A stretch of 64,000 bases of DNA from a virus: positions 64,001 to 128,000 of the IMG/VR virus record IMGVR_UViG_3300025030_000046; one strand, 5' to 3'. The notes under the pieces were generated by a model that did not search any database, had not been told where the DNA came from, and was given only the letters and a program-made list of their open reading frames with translations. Numbering within the stretch: position 1 is the stretch's first letter; each line of letters opens with the position of its first letter. Positions 21,075-30,761 of the stretch are shown here, piece after piece. A program made the translations under genes and the position numbers.

Positions 21075-22233
21075 ATATTAATTATATTAATATCGTTATT
21101 AATTTTATTAATTTTTAGTTTATATTTATTGATTTATTTAAGTTGTATATTAATATTGTTAATGTTTGTATTGATTATATTAATAATGGTTATGTTTTCA
21201 TAACTATATTTTAGGAAGTGTTCATCAAAATTTCCCTTGTTATGCCGAATTTATCGTTTATCGATATATTACATTATCTTAATATGTTTATGATAATAGC
21301 AGATTGAGCATACAAACAATTGCCAATAATTCCCATGTATAAATATTCAGCAAATTGCATATACTAATATATTAATAATATCTAAGTTGTTTCAATTCCT
21401 CACACAATTCATTCTATTAATACCAATGTTTGCTACAAGTGTATTTGTAGACAACTTTTAAAAGCCTTGATGCTGTAAGGTGGGCGGGTAGTTTACATCA
21501 AAAACACTTTTATTTCCAGCAGATTCCAGCCAAGCACATCTCCCCACACACTCAACTCAAATTTCCAATTATATTCCTCCAAAATAATTTTCAAATTATC
21601 CTAAAAATAAATTTACCAATTTAAATTTTCAACTAATTCAATTTATACCCTAAAATCCACCTTTTTTACTCGTAACCTCTATCGATAAAACTCACTCATA
21701 CCAATACTTACAGCCATTTCAAAATACACTAAAAACGCCTATTTTATATTTAATCCACCTAAAACCCTACTCCCACACTACCTGAACGATATCACCACAT
21801 TTTTCATATATTTATCTATTATTGGTGAATTAATTTTAGCTAAAAATCACCTTCAACCGCTACAGTATCTAAGCTTATATACTTATTTAATAAATTTTTG
21901 ACGATAGGCAAAAAAATGCCCACACTATAATCTATTTCTAAATTATAATATGGGCTTGGATTTGGATTGGGAGGTTTATTATTTTGTGGAGAATTAAATT
22001 AGCAAATATTTAATAATAAAAAATAACCTACAAATTTCCAATAAGTAGGCTAAGATTTGCAACAGTTTTTGGTGATTTAATTTTATATTTTATGTCTAAA
22101 ATACTATTCTTCTCTATATAATTTTTCTTTTAAGGGGTACATACCTCAAACCCTTGGTATCACTAGGTTTGATTTTCGATTTAGAACATCCGATGTGCTA
22201 AACTTTATTTTTAGCCATTTATAACTATAGTTT

Positions 22234-23454
22234 TTACTGTTCGTTATCTAACCAATTTAGTAATAAATCTCTCATCCTTTTGCTAGGTATATAGATATTA
22301 ATTTTCTCATTATTTCTAATTGCAGATCTCCAAATCCATTGCAGCATTTCACTAAGTGCAAAATTTTCTTCCTCTACTGATACTCCCTTATCTATAAAGA
22401 ATTGTTTTATAATTGGATTTAAAAATATGTTAGTGCAATATGCTAATTTACATTTGCTACTATACTCATTAGTTGCTCTGGCATTAACAGCCACAAATCC
22501 CTTAGTATATCCTCTACCAGATAATTTCTTCTTAGATGATTTAAATGAAGTCCACATATTTTCATTAGATTTACCTTTAACCTTATTTTTAAAATAATTA
22601 ATTATATTATTTTTTAGTGTTATTATTAATTCTGAATTAGCTGGCTTTTCAAACCAAGTGGAACTTAGACAAAAATAATTATCTCCTATTTTATTTATCG
22701 GATCATCCAATAATACATTAATATTATTTTTTATATTAGTCTTATCATATGGGTCTCTATCTTCCCAATTAACTAAAATATATTTGTCTTTAGTAGTACA
22801 GGTAACATCCTTTTGAACACAGTAATATTCATATTCAACATTATGCAAATCATAATAATACTTTTGAATTTGTGCAGAGAACATATATGTCAATACGTAA
22901 GCTTCTTTAAAACTATTAAATACACTAACTGGAAAGTTCCACATAAGCAATGTATTATTAATAATCATTAGTGTTTTATTTAATGCCATAGTTTTAATAT
23001 CATTATATTTACCATCATAATTCATATGTTTTGGATTCCAAATTAAAAATCCATTTTCTACAGTAGCTAATTTTAAACTTAATATACTTGGTAAATCATC
23101 TTTTCTTAGTGGTAGCTGCTCTATCACATCAACTACTTCATCAAGTATTAATATGTAATCATTACTTCTTAAAAGCTCCAAAGTCACTTCGTTAGCCATT
23201 CTAAATAAAGCATGTGTACTGGCTATGTTTTTACCATCTTTTAATAAATTATGCAGACTATCTAATTTTCCTGATCCAATATCGTATGGTTCAGTGAATC
23301 TTCTGTTATTACAATTTTGTTTAATTCTTTGTACCTCTGATAAGAACGGTGTAATATAAATATAATTACTTACTACATCTTGTTTTATCATCTGAATAGC
23401 CATAGATGTTTTACCTGCCCCCATAATTGCATCTACTATTTTTATTTTAGGCAT
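22234..23454 (-). CDS. SF2 helicase-like protein (SPbeta YonV-like)
   Basis: DAIMGAGKT Walker A, ILDEV Walker B, LQWIWRSAIR motif. Confidence 0.75.
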   Translation of the reverse strand: MPKIKIVDAIMGAGKTSMAIQMIKQDVVSNYIYITPFLSEVQRIKQNCNNRRFTEPYDIGSGKLDSLHNLLKDGKNIASTHALFRMANEVTLELLRSNDYILILDEVVDVIEQLPLRKDDLPSILSLKLATVENGFLIWNPKHMNYDGKYNDIKTMALNKTLMIINNTLLMWNFPVSVFNSFKEAYVLTYMFSAQIQKYYYDLHNVEYEYYCVQKDVTCTTKDKYILVNWEDRDPYDKTNIKNNINVLLDDPINKIGDNYFCLSSTWFEKPANSELIITLKNNIINYFKNKVKGKSNENMWTSFKSSKKKLSGRGYTKGFVAVNARATNEYSSKCKLAYCTNIFLNPIIKQFFIDKGVSVEEENFALSEMLQWIWRSAIRNNEKINIYIPSKRMRDLLLNWLDNEQ

Positions 23455-23482
23455 ATACTTTCCTTTCGTATTATTTTATATT

Positions 23483-24127
23483 TTAGTTTATTATGCTTTT
23501 AGTTATTACCCAATATCTTTTACCTCTATATTTACCAGCAGTTTCTTGTATTGATTTAATATTATAATATATTTTATTATTCTTAAAATAACTATTTATT
23601 ACATTAATTCCAAACTTGCCATTTCTATGATTATCTACTTTTATTGGGAGATTATTTAATAATTTTTTTAATTCTTTCTGTTCATTTTTAAATAGTTTTT
23701 TATTTAAAAACGTTACAACACCTTTATTAATCATATGTCTAGCTTTCTCAGCATTAATTAATTTTTTGTAATCATGTAGGCTTTTCTTTTGTTCATTTTT
23801 ATTATGTAAGTCTTGGTGGCAGTCTTCACATAATGTAGTTGCATCTACCTCTAAAATATGCTTCCCCATTATTAATGCTTTTATATTTTTCATTTCTTCA
23901 ATAGTATAATCTTTAGTATCTTTGCATTCTAAGTTTAACGCTTTTAATGATTCTGTTAAAATTTCTATGAACTGTTGCTCATGATGAACCTCCAAGCTAT
24001 CATCTGAGTCGCAAATTTCGCACATAGGCTTTTTAACCTTAGGTGTCCATAGGTTGTTTAATATAGTTCTCATATATGATCTTAAATCCAATATTATATT
24101 CCTTTCCACGTAAGTATTATCTATCAC
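23483..24127 (-). CDS. HNH-type nuclease domain protein
   Basis: CEIC...LEVHH...TLCEDCH. Confidence 0.65.
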   Translation of the reverse strand: MIDNTYVERNIILDLRSYMRTILNNLWTPKVKKPMCEICDSDDSLEVHHEQQFIEILTESLKALNLECKDTKDYTIEEMKNIKALIMGKHILEVDATTLCEDCHQDLHNKNEQKKSLHDYKKLINAEKARHMINKGVVTFLNKKLFKNEQKELKKLLNNLPIKVDNHRNGKFGINVINSYFKNNKIYYNIKSIQETAGKYRGKRYWVITKSIIN

Positions 24128-24256
24128 TCTAAATCATACAGGATTAATATTTATTTGTCAACATATTTTATATTTTAGTTAATTAAAACGCTACGTTTCT
24201 ATGCAAAACCCACAGAAACTTGACTAAACCTTGGATAAATCTCGAATAATCATCAA

Positions 24257-25351
24257 TTACTTCCCGATTTTATCCAATATATTTATAAAAACCCCAATAT
24301 CGCATTTTTTTATAGCTGCAAGCAAATCTTCTTTGCTATAATTATCTAATAAGCTTAAATCTACATCTTCATCCATAATGTAACTCAATTGACTAGTATA
24401 ACTTTTATCACCCTCTGCGTATGTTTTTATTGTTAAGCTTGGATCGCTGTGATGTCCTTGTTTTTGTGTTTTCTTAACATCTTTACTTATTTTCCAAGCC
24501 ATATTACACGAGCTTTTTTTAAGAGAATGTATTCCTATTTTTCTTTCTTCTCTATCAATATTGTATTGTTCACAAAACTTATCTAGTATTCCATATAGGT
24601 AAGTATCACTTACATCAAATATACGTTTTTTATTATCATCATCTTTTTTTAGTTGTAATAATTTTTCATAAAATTGATCGCTTATAGCTGTAGGATCTTT
24701 TTTTTCACCTTTATCTACTACTCTTATAATCCAAACCATTTTTCCAGTTTCAATATCTTCTTCTCTTTTGATATCTTTCCATAACATATCTAATACTGCG
24801 GATTTTCTAATTCCAGTAACATAGCAAGCTTGGAAATACAATGACGCAATTAATCCCTTGCCCCTGTAGGTATAAGTTTCCGAAAAACTATATAAATCTT
24901 TTCTTTCTTGATTTGAAAATGGAGAATAGCTTTCTGGGTTATCTTTAAGAGATTTCATGTAGAAAATATTTGGATCTATTTCATTATTTTTTGTACGTAG
25001 ATATTTGAATAGTGATCTTAATCCTCCTATTTTAGAGTTAATTGTACCATTAGAATTTTTTACTTTCCCAATCTTTTTACTTTCTTTTGTTGATAAGTAT
25101 GTAACAAATAGCTCTACGTCATCACTGCTTAATTTTTTTAAATCATCCCATGTTAATATGCTTAAATCTTTTCCTGTGGTGTATTCAAAGAATTCTTTAA
25201 TGTAGCCTTTGTAGCTTGATTTTGTACAATCACTTTCTTGTTTATCTAAAAACATATTAATGTAGCTATATACAGAATTATTTTTGAATCCTATAACCAT
25301 TGCTCTTGACACTTTCATTTCTTCTAACTGTGTCATAATTATTTCCTCCAA
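24257..25351 (-). CDS. tyrosine recombinase/integrase family (possibly YopP/SroD-like)
   Basis: SAM-like N-domain, TGIRKS, DKGEK, HSLKK (Arg to Lys), GHHS, TIKTY. Confidence 0.8.
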   Translation of the reverse strand: MEEIIMTQLEEMKVSRAMVIGFKNNSVYSYINMFLDKQESDCTKSSYKGYIKEFFEYTTGKDLSILTWDDLKKLSSDDVELFVTYLSTKESKKIGKVKNSNGTINSKIGGLRSLFKYLRTKNNEIDPNIFYMKSLKDNPESYSPFSNQERKDLYSFSETYTYRGKGLIASLYFQACYVTGIRKSAVLDMLWKDIKREEDIETGKMVWIIRVVDKGEKKDPTAISDQFYEKLLQLKKDDDNKKRIFDVSDTYLYGILDKFCEQYNIDREERKIGIHSLKKSSCNMAWKISKDVKKTQKQGHHSDPSLTIKTYAEGDKSYTSQLSYIMDEDVDLSLLDNYSKEDLLAAIKKCDIGVFINILDKIGK

Positions 25352-25478
25352 TATATTTTATTTGGTAAACTTTTATATGTAATCTTATTCACAAATTAAT
25401 TGTAGCAAACTTCCAAATAATAGTCAATACATAAATGTGAAATATTTATAGAAAAGGGAATGCCTCGCAGCACTCCTC

Positions 25479-25652
25479 TTACTTTTTCTCTGATTCATCC
25501 TTCATTAATTTATAGTAATCATTAATTACCTTATCTAACATGTCGTTTATCTTCTTTGTTCTATATGCATCTAAGCCCTCAACTTCTATTAATTTGTATA
25601 GTTCAGTCCTTAATTCGTCTATTTTCTTAATTATTTCTTCGATTTTGTTCAC
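25479..25652 (-). CDS. Spo0E-like aspartyl-phosphate phosphatase family protein (57 aa, below ORF-track cutoff)
   Basis: Manual translation MNKIEEIIKKIDELRTELYKLIEVEGLDAYRTKKINDMLDKVINDYYKLMKDESEKK; GTG start after GGAGG; two-helix Spo0E pattern. Confidence 0.55.
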   Translation of the reverse strand: MNKIEEIIKKIDELRTELYKLIEVEGLDAYRTKKINDMLDKVINDYYKLMKDESEKK

Positions 25653-25702
25653 CTTTTGTCACCTCCAGAGTTATTTTGTCCAATAATTAAAATTCAATAA
25701 AG

Positions 25703-25749
25703 TAAAATATAAAATAGTTATTGACATTTAATAGTATATTGTATATAAT
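25703..25749 (+). promoter_or_regulatory. consensus sigmaA promoter of the rightward operon with upstream box
   Basis: TAAAATATAAAA (25703-14), TTGACA (25721-26), 17 bp, TATAAT (25744-49). Confidence 0.75.
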
Positions 25750-25933
25750 TGACTTTGAAGAGAGGTTATGCCTATGACTGATTCAGAAAAAACAGTTAGA
25801 AATATTGGTGCAACTAATGTGTGGAGCAAATTCAAGGATGAAATAGACTCAGAAGTTAAGCTAATTAGTAATAGTAGTGAATGTAGAACGTTAAGTAAGG
25901 AAGAAGCAGAAGAAATTTTAAAGAAGTATAGAA

Positions 25934-26116
25934 GTGAAATATAAAACTAGGAGAAGGATTATGGAAAACGAAAGTTGCAGGAATTGTGAAAATTATAATG
26001 GGTACTACTGTACTCTTTTAATAGAGTTAGATCCGTTAGAAGAAGCAGATGGATATTGTTTTAACTATAAATATAAAAGAGAGGTAAATCTTACATATGA
26101 TGAAAGCGAGGAATAA
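25934..26116 (+). CDS. small Cys-rich protein
   Basis: CRNCENY...YC...YCFNY. Confidence 0.5.
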   Translation: MKYKTRRRIMENESCRNCENYNGYYCTLLIELDPLEEADGYCFNYKYKREVNLTYDESEE

Positions 26117-26121
26117 TATTA

Positions 26122-27039
26122 ATGCTTGTTTGTAAAGTTGGAGATAAAGAAGTTAATACTATTGATTTTAATGGTAGTGATTTACGTTCGTGGTCAAATA
26201 AGAAAATTTTAAAATGTCCTATTTGCGACAATAAACTAATATATAAAAATGGATTAGTAAAAATACCTCATTTTGCTCATGTAAGTAATGATGATTGTCA
26301 TGATATTTATTATGAGAATGAAACCAAAGAGCATATGATGGGTAAGATGATTTTATATAAGTGGCTAAAAGAATTTCCTGATATTAAAGTTTGCAAATTA
26401 GAGGGATGGATTCCTGAAACTAAACAGAGACCAGATATATATTTAGAATTACAAGATGGTACAAAAATAGTGATTGAATTTCAGTGTACCCCAATAACAT
26501 TAGAGCAATATTTAAATAGGCATGACTTATATAGATTAATTGGCATTAATGATTTTTGGATATTAGGAACCGATAAGTATAAGTTGTTTAAATCTCAAAA
26601 AGGTAGACTAAGGGTATTACAAGAAGAATTGTTAAAAGAAAATAACTATGCTCTACATTTAGATTCATATAATGAGAAAATTTATAAATATTTTAATCTA
26701 AAAGAATTTAGAAATATTAACAAAAATATAAAAGATGTATTGTTTGATTATGATAATGTTTTTAATTTTAATATTGGTGATAATGTAGACATTTATGATC
26801 CATTTGAATACATGAAAGAAAAGTGTAAACAAGGTTATTTTCAAAGTAATAAAGATATGAATTTCCCGTTGTATAGAGTTTTAGAAAATACAACGGAAGA
26901 TAAATATGTAATTATAGGTGATTTCAAATACGAAAACCAAGCAAAGAATTATATTAATATGTATATAAAAGAACTTAGAAATAATTTTAAAATTATTAAA
27001 ATAGAAAAAGGAGATAGCTATGGGATCAGTAAAAATTGA
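26122..27039 (+). CDS. CoiA-like Zn-ribbon/PD-(D/E)xK nuclease
   Basis: CPIC...PHFAH, ETKEHMMGK, QRPDI, IEFQC motifs. Confidence 0.85.
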   Translation: MLVCKVGDKEVNTIDFNGSDLRSWSNKKILKCPICDNKLIYKNGLVKIPHFAHVSNDDCHDIYYENETKEHMMGKMILYKWLKEFPDIKVCKLEGWIPETKQRPDIYLELQDGTKIVIEFQCTPITLEQYLNRHDLYRLIGINDFWILGTDKYKLFKSQKGRLRVLQEELLKENNYALHLDSYNEKIYKYFNLKEFRNINKNIKDVLFDYDNVFNFNIGDNVDIYDPFEYMKEKCKQGYFQSNKDMNFPLYRVLENTTEDKYVIIGDFKYENQAKNYINMYIKELRNNFKIIKIEKGDSYGISKN

Positions 27040-28069
27040 TATTTATAAAGATGATAAAAAGTATTATGATACTTCGTATTCAAGTGAAGAGGATATATAT
27101 GACATTTTGTGGTTATTGGATATTATTCTTCAAGATGCACAAAAAGGAAATAAAGAAGCTTTAATTACTTTAAGAGATTTAAACAATTTAGATACAAAAT
27201 ATAATCCAGTATTTGATGAATATTGCTATATTCAAATGGGGTTTAGACCTATGAAACTTGAAGACCAAGGAAAAGAAATAATAGAAGTTGTAGCTAAAAG
27301 ACTAAATATGACAAAAGAAGAGTGTGAACGTAAGATGTTAGTTGCGGTATTACATATCAAGAAAACAAATTTAAACAATTGGTATGACTACATTAATAAA
27401 AATTATAAAAGTCATATAATTGCTGCGAGAAAAAAGAATTTTGTTGATTATCTTATATCTTTACCCAAAATAACTTTAGCCAGTCATGATGGGAGCAATA
27501 TTACGTCTGAGAGCTTGTGGCAGGTCGACTACTGCAAGAAATATGTAGTGGCTAAACATATTTACAAAGGAGATACTTATCCTGAAGATTTTCAAGAGTT
27601 AATTGAATTGCAAGGGAAAAATGAAATACTGGTTAAAGCTCTAAGTAAGAATAAAGATAAGACAAAAAACGAGAAAACAGAGTTAAGTAAAAGAATTAAG
27701 TTACAAAAGACATTGCAAGAAGATATTAATATTTTAAAAGATCATTATAGAATACCTAGAAATCATTATTATACCGAAAGTCAAGATGTTAGTTATAAAG
27801 AATTAATGTATTATAAGAAAAAATTGCCGCCACACGAAGAATATATTGAGCGAGAGTATGACAGTACAGAAGTATTAGATGAATGGCAAATAGAAAAAAT
27901 AAAAGATATAGCTAATAAAATTTTAACCAAAAGGCAGTTGGTTGTATTTAGTCTTTATTATGAGTCTAGATTAACTCAACGAGAGATAGCGAACATTCTC
28001 ACCGAAGACCAAGGTAATATTGCTCATGACTTAAAAAGAATTATAAAAAAAATTAAAGAAAATATATAA
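27020..28069 (+). CDS. protein with C-terminal sigma70 region-4 HTH (candidate transcription activator)
   Basis: LTKRQLVVFSLYYESRLTQREIANIL...LKRIIKKI. Confidence 0.65.
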   Translation: MGSVKIDIYKDDKKYYDTSYSSEEDIYDILWLLDIILQDAQKGNKEALITLRDLNNLDTKYNPVFDEYCYIQMGFRPMKLEDQGKEIIEVVAKRLNMTKEECERKMLVAVLHIKKTNLNNWYDYINKNYKSHIIAARKKNFVDYLISLPKITLASHDGSNITSESLWQVDYCKKYVVAKHIYKGDTYPEDFQELIELQGKNEILVKALSKNKDKTKNEKTELSKRIKLQKTLQEDINILKDHYRIPRNHYYTESQDVSYKELMYYKKKLPPHEEYIEREYDSTEVLDEWQIEKIKDIANKILTKRQLVVFSLYYESRLTQREIANILTEDQGNIAHDLKRIIKKIKENI

Positions 28070-28137
28070 AATGTTACATATTTTTGTAAGAGTGTATCCC
28101 TATATATGTAGGGGTAATTAATAATTGGAGGATATTA

Positions 28138-28941
28138 ATGTATTTAATATTATATAACAATACAAATATGAAATTAGAGTTATTCCCAACATTTAATGAA
28201 AGAGTTGAATATATAAATGAAAACTTATTCAACAATAAGGAACACGAAACATATTATAATATTTGCTCTAGAAACTTTAGTAATAAAGATCAGATAAAAA
28301 ATATAGAAAACAGATGGCTAGGTATTAAAGTTGTAAACAAACCTAATAAGGATGAAAAGTTAAAAGCCACTCTGAATTATATAGCTGGATATCTCTTAGG
28401 AGCAAAAGAGTATTCGATAAATAGCAAAATTAGAAGATATCTTGAATTGTCAAGATTGTCTGAACCAACTAAAAATGAGTTGGTGGAATTAAATAGTTTA
28501 AAAAACAATGTACTGTATTGTAAGAATTATAAAGCTAGAGATAACAGAAAAGATTTGATAATTATGATTAACTCTCATATGGAAGAACTCTTAAAGTACA
28601 ATTTGGATAAGCTAGAACAGATAGAAAACAGAGAGTACACAGAACAGTTTATGCATGACTACACTATTGACAGATTAAATGTTTGCAATGACATAAAAGA
28701 TAAAATATTAAGCATCGTGGATATCTTGCAAACTAACATAATTAAAAAAGAAACCCTATTCAGAGAAATACAAACTGAATATAAAAACATTCAGAACTCT
28801 GAGGATACAATAAAATATATTTCTAACATAATAAAAGATATAAAAAAAATATATTCAGACAATGTTTACTTAGAAAAGCAGATTGAATATCTAAATGATG
28901 AGTATTTAATGGCAACAGAATTCATTTATAATAACAATTAA
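28138..28941 (+). CDS. hypothetical protein
   Basis: 267-aa ORF with GGAGG RBS. Confidence 0.6.
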   Translation: MYLILYNNTNMKLELFPTFNERVEYINENLFNNKEHETYYNICSRNFSNKDQIKNIENRWLGIKVVNKPNKDEKLKATLNYIAGYLLGAKEYSINSKIRRYLELSRLSEPTKNELVELNSLKNNVLYCKNYKARDNRKDLIIMINSHMEELLKYNLDKLEQIENREYTEQFMHDYTIDRLNVCNDIKDKILSIVDILQTNIIKKETLFREIQTEYKNIQNSEDTIKYISNIIKDIKKIYSDNVYLEKQIEYLNDEYLMATEFIYNNN

Positions 28942-29464
28942 AAACATAAAAGCTAACCCATTCTTACAGCCTTTTTAAGCGACTAAAATGCTTAAACGTA
29001 AAAGTATTCACGAAAAATTTTTTCATTTAACTATGGAGCTGTCAGAAAAACTCCATTTTTGAAAGTGGCTTGGCTGTAGGGTTTCAAAATGGCAAAATAA
29101 CGTTATTTTTAACGACGAGGTTCTGATATTATGGCAAAAGAAAAAGAAGAGTTTTTTACTCCTGAACGTTGCTTAAATTGTTTAGGAAAATGTAAAAAAG
29201 AAATGAATGTAATTTTTAAAGATGGATTTGAAAATGGTAGAAATAAAATACTGTGTGGCAAACAAGTAAAAACTAAAAAGGGGAATAAACTTGAAGCAAA
29301 TTAGTAAAGAGCTATTTCTAAAAGCGATTAAGGTTGGCAGAAGAGATTTAGTAGCTAAGACGAAGAATAAACATTATGGAATTGACAAAATTGAGTATGA
29401 AATAAGAAGGTTTATTAAGTAAAATATAAAATAATGAATAAAAGGGATTAAAGGAGAGAAAATT

Positions 29465-30097
29465 ATGGAGATGAGTATTACTAGAGGTTTATCTGAACTG
29501 AAACTACTTAAAGACAGAATAGAGCGAAAAATACAATCATCAAAGTATATCGTAGGCAATAAGAAAAGCAATAAGAAGATAGATGGGATTTATAGCAAGG
29601 AAGATTTGATTACTACAATAAAAGCTGACTATCAAAGTGTGCTAGATTTAATTAACAGAAGGAAAATAATTAAGTCCGAAATAGTTAAATCAAACGCTAA
29701 TACTATAGTTAAAATTTCTGGAAAAGAAATGACTGTTGCTGAAGCTATTGAAAGAAAAGAATCAATTCAATTTGAAAAGACTCTACTTAACACTATGGAG
29801 CAACACTATAGATTGGCAATTGCAAAAGTTGCATCTGAAAATGAAAAAGTACAAATAAATTTAGACAATCTGCTTAATACCACATTTGGTAAAGAGAATA
29901 AAAATAAGACGGCAGATAATGAGATTAAAATGATTTCAGAACCTTATCTTGAGCAGAATGAGTGGGAAGTAATTAATCCACTGAAGTTGCAAGATGAAAT
30001 AGAGAAATTAAAGACTGACATAGAAGACTTTTTGAACGAAGTGGACTTCATCCTATCGGAGTCAAACACGATTACTAAGATTCAGATACCTGAATAA
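29465..30097 (+). CDS. coiled-coil protein, DIP1984/DUF6847-like
   Basis: MSITRGLSELKLLKDRI N-terminus, MTVAEAIERK, EVDFILSESNTITKI C-terminus; strong RBS. Confidence 0.7.
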   Translation: MEMSITRGLSELKLLKDRIERKIQSSKYIVGNKKSNKKIDGIYSKEDLITTIKADYQSVLDLINRRKIIKSEIVKSNANTIVKISGKEMTVAEAIERKESIQFEKTLLNTMEQHYRLAIAKVASENEKVQINLDNLLNTTFGKENKNKTADNEIKMISEPYLEQNEWEVINPLKLQDEIEKLKTDIEDFLNEVDFILSESNTITKIQIPE

Positions 30098-30110
30098 ACA
30101 GTTTAATATT

Positions 30111-30417
30111 TTGTAGTTATCCGAAAACTATAGACTTAAATCACCCAATTCTTCAGGGTATATTGAAGAAACAAGAAGAAAAATTAAGTTCTATATTCAA
30201 ATGGTGAATATTGATTTTATTATCTAATACTTACGTATACACGTAATAATGCGTAAAAGCTCAAAGATTAAATTTCAATATTTAAAGTTTAGAATTTAAA
30301 GCTCTTTTTGATTAAAGTTATAAATCATAAGTCTAAAAGTTCGATGAAATCCAAGATAAAAGGTTTAAGTGTTGATTTAATTGACTTATAGTAATCCTCT
30401 TGGCTGGATAGTTACAA
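30111..30417 (+). ncRNA. putative structured ncRNA with heptanucleotide repeats
   Basis: 5' TTGTAGTTATCC pairs with 3' GGATAGTTACAA (12 bp, two G-U); internal hairpins; seven consecutive AAAGYTY-like 7-mers at 30256-30304; no ORF. Confidence 0.7.
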
Positions 30418-30470
30418 GTAAATTTTATAGATTAGTAAAAATATAAAAGGAATTAAAGGAGATTAATATT

Positions 30471-30650
30471 ATGGCAAAGGCAAAGATAAAAACATCAGAC
30501 TCAATATCTGTAGAGGGATACTTCGATAATGATAACTTGGCAATAGAAGTGGATGATATAGGTGTTAAAAATTTAAAAGATTTATTTATAAAATATAATG
30601 GTGAATACGTTACCATAACTATAAAGAAAAAAGATGAAATTATGAAATAA
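30471..30650 (+). CDS. yonK: YonK-like protein (59 aa, below ORF-track cutoff)
   Basis: MAKAKIKTSDSISVEGYFDNDNLAIEVDDIGVKNLKDLFIKYNGEYVTITIKKKDEIMK resembles SPbeta YonK; syntenic position. Confidence 0.6.
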   Translation: MAKAKIKTSDSISVEGYFDNDNLAIEVDDIGVKNLKDLFIKYNGEYVTITIKKKDEIMK

Positions 30651-30761
30651 GAGGCGGATTATGCCATTTGACTTACTTTATGGTAAGAATGAGAAAACTG
30701 GAGACCCCTTACCTTATAAGTAGGGAACGTTAAATTAAGCAAGGTAGAAAACAAAACTACC

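Noticed and set aside
26122-27039. Host competence locus marking a prophage edge
   Set aside because: The CoiA-like gene is embedded among phage genes under a phage-type promoter, without the usual chromosomal neighbours
30256-30342. Heptamer run as a CRISPR array or VNTR
   Set aside because: Units are 7 nt, degenerate and lack spacers, and no cas genes are present; they sit inside an end-paired structure, so they are treated as part of an ncRNA
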